Below, piece by piece: positions 56,551-64,000 of a stretch of DNA of 64,000 bases. The DNA is from the human T2T-CHM13v2.0 reference genome, Homo sapiens. Position 1 is the stretch's first letter. The number at the start of each line of letters is the position of its first letter. Made by a program: the position numbers and the translations under genes. Location of the stretch: assembly GCF_009914755.1 (NCBI RefSeq), contig NC_060928.1; one strand, 5' to 3'. A model generated the notes under the pieces. The model was not told the origin of the DNA, searched no databases, and saw only the letters and a program-made list of their open reading frames with translations.

Positions 56551-57189
56551 GGAACACAAGGAGAAATAGAGAAAGAGCAGCCAGTTCACAAAATGAAGTG
56601 TTATCAAGGGACCAGGAAGAATATAAATATATGAAATGAGTAAGAAGTAAAATAGTGTTTGCTAGGCTTCCATTATATTACCAGCTTAGTTCATTCATTT
56701 ATGAGCGCATAGCCCCTTTTCTAAAAAATTCAGCAGAACAAACAAGCTTCTTCCTTTTAGATCTGTGGGGAATTTTGAGACGTTCATTCTAAGATATCAT
56801 AGAAAATTGTCAATGGCAGGTGCTGTGAAGTTGCTGGAGATAAATGATATATACAGTGAAACAATGAGAGCGGCGCAATACCTTACATTCTGAAAGAATA
56901 TTTTAAGCTTCAGATTTCATTCATACCAAAAGATACTTTTTAATACTTGCTATCTCCTGTTTAAGGATCTAATTGTGCACAACAGTTATGCATAGTTCCA
57001 TCTCTCCATGAGCTTATAGTTTAATGCAGTCCATACATAATTATAGAAAGAGACATGATGCAGACACGAAATTCCAAACATATTTCTGGCGTTTTCTTAC
57101 GGGCAAATTGGACCTTAAATTTTTTTGCAACATTTAAAGCAATAATTTTCACCATCTTGATCTTTATTTCTTTTGATCTGCTAACTAAA

Positions 57190-57325
57190 GAGAAAGTAGA
57201 TAATACAGGAGTAGATAATGTATGAAGGCATGGAGTAGATGGGAAATCTCTGTATCTTCCTCTCAATTTTGCGGTGAACCTAAAACTGCTCTAAAAAAAA
57301 AAAAAGTCTTTAATAAAAAAGAGAG
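57190..57325 (+). mobile_element. L1M (MC/MD-like) 3' terminus
   Basis: atgggaaatctctgtatcttcctctcaattttgcggtgaacctaaaactgctctaaaaaa. Confidence 0.88.
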
Positions 57326-60300
57326 AAAATAGAAAAAAAATCCATCGCATTCAGCTAACACATTGTTGCTGTACAAAAATTCCCGCACAGCAAGATGACT
57401 CGTAAACTGAAGGCAGGCAGAATGTGTAGGAACTGTATTAGGCTTGTAGACTCCAATATATACACCCTTGTACAAACCACATTTCAGCACAAAGAATTCA
57501 ATAATCTGACACTTCTCTGGTGAAGTGCGTTATTCTGCTGCAGAGTAAATTGCTGTGGCCAAATTTTTCAGTAGGATCCAATTCTCTATAATAACCCAGC
57601 AAGGTCACACCTCAAATGAAGCAGTGACCTACCCGAATGTCCCCTCATAACTGTCGAGGGATTCCAAGGAAGCAGGACGTCTCCCTAACCTGTCTGCTGG
57701 GATCCTTGAGATTGAGTTATAAGAAAGGAGGCTGTGTCTGTTGAACTCCACCTGACATTGTTCTTTATCATTGTTTCCTTAGCTTCTGAATTTTTGTTCC
57801 AGGGATAGATTATAAATAGGATGAACAGTGCCTAGAGTAGGCCCCGTGACTCATATAAGCCATAATTACACTGGCCATGAGACTATTTCCGGAACAGACT
57901 TCAGGCCTATAATTCAGAGAATAACATTTGTTTTAAAATATGGCTCCAGATACTTTTTTGGCTTTGTCCTAGAAATGTTGAGGGTAACAGAAAAGATGAC
58001 TTTGTTAAGTACCTATAACTTCTTAATATCTGTGTGTGTGCGTGTGTGTGTGTATTTACACATTGAAATAGCTGTTATGTTCGAGCTAAATGCCAAACTG
58101 ATAGACTAAGAATACCTTTAAAACGCATTATAGTTTCCTTTTCTGTGCCTTTATTTTTAGGGATAAATGAAGGTTTTTAAAAAGGGAGTTTACTGCAACC
58201 ATAAAGCAGCCCTATGCCAACTGTTGCAGAAAAGGCCCTTCTGACTCAGAAACACTAATGCATGGAGAAACTTGCTTTATTCTGGTGAAAGCAGGGTTCA
58301 AAAACCTCATCCACTTCATTTGCTTTGCTGAAATAAGCCAAGTCTCCCTGGTGCCTCATGCCTCAAATTCCTTCTTGAAAACACCTGTTCTTCTCACGGA
58401 ATTTGGGGCTTTCTCAGTGACAATTTGAAGGATTTTTTTAAACCAAAAAATTAGCAGAGAAAACCCAGAGAGAAGTAATGGGCATCACTTTACACATCAT
58501 GAAAAATGCTTAAAGAAAGTAAAAATAATATTGCAATACATTTCCTCCAAAATGATACTTTAATGCCTAGAATTGTTTTAGAAAAATATTTAGTTTTTGC
58601 ATAATGTTTATGGATTAAATGATGATAAAAGTTTGATGGAATTATACCAAATTTTCTTTAAAAGTTGAAGCCTATCTATGAATGAAATATGAAATTTTTC
58701 TTATTAGACCACCTGTTCATGTGGCATATTTTTTCCTTAACACTTTTGTCATGGTTGTACTTATGTTAATTTTAAGTATTAATCCATAAGATAGTATGAG
58801 CTACTTCTTGGCTATTTTCTAATATATATTTTATATATAAATTAATCTCAAATTTTCTCCACTTGATTCATTTGATGGTTCTCTCAACAGATCAGCTCTA
58901 AGTTGAATTCCTGAAGTTTGACCCTTTTAAAAGCTGACATATTGTGCAACAATCTTTCACAGCCCAAATACTTTGAGTGCATTATTGAGATCTTTAGATT
59001 AACTGAGAAGGTAACTTGTCTTGTATTCAATCTGTGAATGATTGATCTACTCACACTTAATTTTAAACAGTAAATGTATTCCGTGCCTAAAGTGAATTTT
59101 CCTTTCCATTGAATGCTGAATTGATACAAAGTAAATTCTAGAAAAATATGAAATATGCATGTGTGTACGAGAATAAATTCTTCATATTTCCACCTTAGAT
59201 ATTCTCAAATGTTCACTTTACCTATAGTAGGATTTATCGATTGACAAATACACAGGCTCATTCAACAGTGTAATTTTTGAGATATTTCACTGAAACAAAA
59301 TGGGCATAATTATTTAGACGGACATCTGACAATGAATACTTTTCAGACTTGGCTGGGTAATGTTTTTAGCATCACTGATCCAGCAAGATCCAATAATACG
59401 ACTGACTTTTTGTTTAATAGAATTCCCTCTAGAATGTTCTACTCCATTAGTAAAAGGGAGTTGCTCAAGTTACATAGATATGTTCTCAAGGACATTGGCT
59501 AATAAAACACAGACATTTGTGTCTAGATGCTGAATGTTTATATGCAGACATTTGCTCAAGCAAACCATTCTCTAAATATATAAGTTGTGTTAACAAAATG
59601 ATTACTGTATTAGACTTACTCAGACCTAATCATATTTTTTAAATTACTGTAGCCTATGGAAATATTTCTTCCCAAATATAGAATTGTTTTATATATTTAG
59701 GTTACTTTGCAAAGACTATAACAACATTCATAAAAACAATCAAAAGAATACATTATCAGAAGTCACTTTGTAGAAAATAGAGGAAGTTTTATTAATTTTT
59801 GTCCCAGACTTTTATATTCTACAACTTAGTATGTTAGATTCATGAAGATGAACAAATATAGGTATTTGTTAATGCAGTGCTGCAAAGTAGTGGCATTCAG
59901 AATTATATCAAACACAATTTATACAGGGCCATCCAAAAAAGACATTATGCAGTGTTTAGCTGAGTTTGTATAAAATACTACAGCTGTCTCTAGGATGCCT
60001 TTCCCTTGTGGAAAAAAGCTTAATTCTGCCAAGGCAAGAGTGCAGGGCCCCTTCTTGCCCTTATTTGCTTTTAGAGACTGACACTGTCAAGTTGATAAAT
60101 GGTCTTTGACAGAAGCAAAGGTAATTCAAAGCTCATTCACAGGTAGAATAGTCTTTAATAGATTCTTTTTTAAAACTCTCTGGTGGAGAAAAAATATATA
60201 GAGGGAATGCCTAGTATTAACTCACCGTGAGGCTGTTATTCTCCCAAAACCCAAAAACCCATAGTCTCTGTACAGCTATATTTTTGTCATTCTATCATGT

Positions 60301-62799
60301 TTACTGTGTACATGTGTGTCTGTTGTTTACAAACAAGCTTATTTATTTTGTATCCATATGAAAGAAAATCAGTGTTTAATTAAGAAAAAAATCTTTGGTT
60401 GAAATGTTGTGTGCTTTTTTTGCAGGAGAGGGGGCAGCCTTTCATAAACTGAATAACGTTGAACATATATTTGACAAGCTCACCCTATCATAATGATGCT
60501 TTGGAATTACAGAAAAGAGTTGAAGGTTTTAGTAAATGCAGGCAAATTTTAGTTCTATTCTGTTTGCTTTTGATGTTTGGCAAATCAATTCATTAGTGAT
60601 AAAATAATGGGGTAAGTCAGCAGAGAAAGCTCAATTCATTGCATTTATCCCACCCACCATAGTTCATCTGCAGAGTGGTTGCTCTGATTGTGTTAGATCA
60701 TATTCCCATCATCCTCCCAGGCAGAGATCCCTCGCATTTCATTTAGGTTTATTCCTTTTGTTCTTTTCAAAAAAGACTCAGGAATACAGCATTGAGAAAG
60801 CTTTTCCTGCAGTGTTAAGGAAATTCTCTAATTAATGGTAGATACAAATGACAGGATACATGCTTTTCTGGTTATTCTGAAGGTGGTGAGAACACTATTT
60901 AGTTGCTATTACTTTTATATTAGCTCGTATAAATAACTACTCTTATACTAAACCAGTATCAGAGCTATGAGTCATGTTTACTGTCTTCGCTTTTCTAAGC
61001 TTGGACATGTAATGAAGTTAATTTTCTTTGGAAGACAGTGTTGGAGTGATCTACAACACTCACATGGCTGCACACTAGCACACCTCTAAGAAAAAAAATA
61101 GAACTGATTGAAACCCTAAGGCAATCATTTTGGCAAATAAAAATGACCAATTCAATGAAGGGCTTTTCTGGGTTTCATCATATTTGGTAGAAATAATATG
61201 TTAAATCTTTTTTAAATGCATACAGGAAAAGAATTATAATTACATCAGTCATTCTGTTGAGCACTGCAGTTGCATCACCCTGAGATATGTAGTCATGCAT
61301 ATATCTAGAGGAGAGTGGTATAAATAAGATCATATATGTCTCACTTAAAGAGCCTGTAAATGTATAGATGTGTAAAGACTCATGCATGAATAATTATGCT
61401 TTAATATAAGCAAACATAATGTGGAAAGAGATAATTTTTTTTAAAAAAGGAGGCATTGACAATGTGAGCATAAATACAGAGGAAAGAAGCAGGCTTTTGA
61501 ACTAGGTGCCAATAAAAGCTTCTTGGAGGAGTCACCATTTTAGAAATTGGAAGATGTGTAAGATCATGTAGAGTTGCTGGTGGAAGGGGGCAACTTTAAG
61601 AGTGAGGAACACCATGTATGAAGATATGAAGGCCAGAAGTCCGAGAACGTTTCACAGAGTTGTGTTATCTCAATCACATTACTCACATCACATTATTGGA
61701 ATGTGTCAAATATAAGAATGGAATGATGGCTGACATATTCACCCATTAATTCACTCATTCATTGAGTTCATGGAGTTCCTGCAATGGGTTGTAAGAACTC
61801 AATGAAATCAATGGGTGAGTGTAACACTAGAAAAACGTTCAGAAATGAATAAAATATAGCAGCTGTGTAGGGGTCATTCTTTAGTGCGGAGTATGGAAGG
61901 AAAAACAGATAATCAAAAGGCAGTATAATAAATTCTCAAGTTGGAGCTTTCACAGAATATCATGGAAGTAAAACACATGTCCCAGCTAAATCTACTTGAG
62001 AGAATCAGGAAAAAATTAACAGAGAAGCTGAATGTGGCCTAGATCCTGAAGAGTATGTAAATATTATAGTAGATGGAGAGTGTGAGATGAACAGTCAAAG
62101 CAAGTGAAATAAGTATTTGTAAATGCAAACAGGTATAAAAGGGCATAGTTTTTTGGGGTAGAAGGCCTTGATTACTGTGCTTAGGGGATTAGATTTGCTA
62201 CATAGCATTACATCATTGAAAGCATCTGAGCAGAGAAGCAAAAAGATCTTATTTGAATGTTAGAACCATTGATTTATAGCACACATAAATAAACAAAATA
62301 GATTGCTGTATACTCAACCCACTGATATTTAATATCTTCTAAGTTATGATGATATCTTAGACCAAGTAGAGATTATAATGTGTCAATCATTACAAAGAAC
62401 TGAAGAATCCATCTGCTATACTATTAGCTCAACTGACTCATCATTACTTAGTCTAATATAAACCTCTTAATTTCAAGGAAAACAGAATAATTAAAGGGAT
62501 AATAACTCATAGCAGGTCATGTGCAGTTTAGTGACTACATGAAAGACTTCTGAACAAGACTATGGCATCTACCTAAGTCCACTGAATATGATAATATCAA
62601 AAGAAGCATATATGTCATATATAATAGTAGTTCCTCTGGCCTCTGCCCAACCACGGATCAAGACTGAATACTAATCAATGATGTATAATCATTACATGGT
62701 GGGATTATTTCACTGTTTGCATACACAATTTTATAACACAAACCTTAGTATTTATTTTAGTTAAATATGTAAATCATAATCCTTTTCAAGATATGCAGT

Positions 62800-63340
62800 A
62801 AATCCTTCACTTAAAATCCTCCAATCCATCTCTCTGAGGATGAAACCTAAATTTCTTGCCATGCCTTACAAATATTTCCAGTATCTCAACAGTGCATACT
62901 CCTAACTTTGTCTCCTATTATTCTCTCCTGGGCTTTGTATATTCCGGCCAAACTGCTTTTCTAGCTATTTTTTCAAACACAGCAAGATCAACACCCCAGG
63001 ACTTTTGCACTTCCTCTTCCTACTATCCATGCTCGTCTTCCCCAAGATTCACATGGTTGTTTTGCCTTTCAGATCCTCGCCCAGTGTCACCACACTATCT
63101 GTTCTAAATTAGCTGTACTCTGCAACCCCAAAACCCCCGTCACATTCAACCATATCACTCCTCTTATCTGAAATCATCCCATTTATCTTCTTACTTATAT
63201 GTTTATTCTATCTCCTTCTATCTCACATCCCCACCACATAAACATACTAGATTGCAAAATAGGAGAACAATTTGTTCATTTAGCACATTACTGTTTTCTG
63301 AAGATCTAGGGCAATAGGTGTTTAGTTGAATGGATGAAGA
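62800..63340 (+). mobile_element. L2 LINE 3' remnant
   Basis: cttcacttaaaatcctccaat...caggacttttgcactt...tttagttgaatggatgaa. Confidence 0.75.
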
Positions 63341-63494
63341 TATAGCATTATTATATACTTATATCATGGCTTTCAAAAACGATGTTAATGACAGCGAGTA
63401 CAAACTATATTTGGGTGTGACTGGAAAGATAAATGTGTCTTAGTCCCCTCTACATTATGCAAAGACATTTGTTTGGTTAAAAGTTTCATTTATT

Positions 63495-63796
63495 GGCCAG
63501 ACGACACAGTGGCTCACTCCCAGCACTCTCAGAGGCCAAGGAGGGTGGATAACCTGAGATCAGGAGTTCCAGACCAACTTGGCTAACATGGTGAAACCCT
63601 GTCTCTACTAAAAATACAAAAAAATAGCCAGGCATGGTGGCACATGCTTGTATTCCCAGCCACTCAGGAGGCTAAGGCAGTAGAATTGCTTGAACCTGGG
63701 GAGGTGGAGGTTGCAGTGAGCCGAGATCACACCACTGCACTCCAGCCTGGGCTACAGAGGGAGATTCCGTCTCAAAAAAAAAAAAAAAAAAAAAAG
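63495..63796 (+). mobile_element. AluS SINE
   Basis: Dimeric Alu, long poly(A), degenerate TSD aaaag....atttatt. Confidence 0.97.
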
Positions 63797-64000
63797 CTGT
63801 ATTTATTTGACAGACCTAGCCCTACCATCCTGCATATGAGATTCATGCCCACTGATACATTGCTCATCATTTGTACCAGGAAAATTAATAGGAATTAGGA
63901 GGAAATGTTAGTGTCCTTTCTTCTTCTCCTCCTACTCTAGTATATAATCAACCATGTCCTTCTAATCTACAAAGTACTTATTAAGGCTCTGCTGAAAAAG

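Noticed and set aside
57633-57751. 119-nt minus-strand open segment bounded by AG/GT (VEFNRHSLL...)
   Set aside because: The sequence upstream of the acceptor is purine-rich with no pyrimidine tract, and the peptide is unrecognised.

Overview
AT-rich, non-coding primate genomic DNA, probably human or another ape, judged from its Alu J/S elements, a THE1 solo LTR and a young L1PA 3' end. I recognise no protein-coding gene, tRNA, rRNA, CRISPR array or prokaryotic system. The ORF track consists of Alu-, L1/LTR- and microsatellite-derived frames plus chance frames. The window holds about 16 Alu-family elements (including a FAM monomer and an internally duplicated trimeric AluJ), five MaLR solo LTRs, L1/L2/MIR remnants, MER20/MER5 DNA transposons and several simple repeats. 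All five LTRs and most L1 pieces lie on the minus strand, which hints at an intron of a large + strand gene that I cannot name. The best-supported oddities are local rearrangement structures: a nested fold-back at 2.35-2.64 kb, a 177-bp Alu tandem duplication, and a third copy of a target-site duplication inside an Alu. Candidate exons, promoters and CTCF sites are speculative. I found no convincing evidence for a new biological system. Repeat subfamilies and boundaries were called by eye and are approximate.
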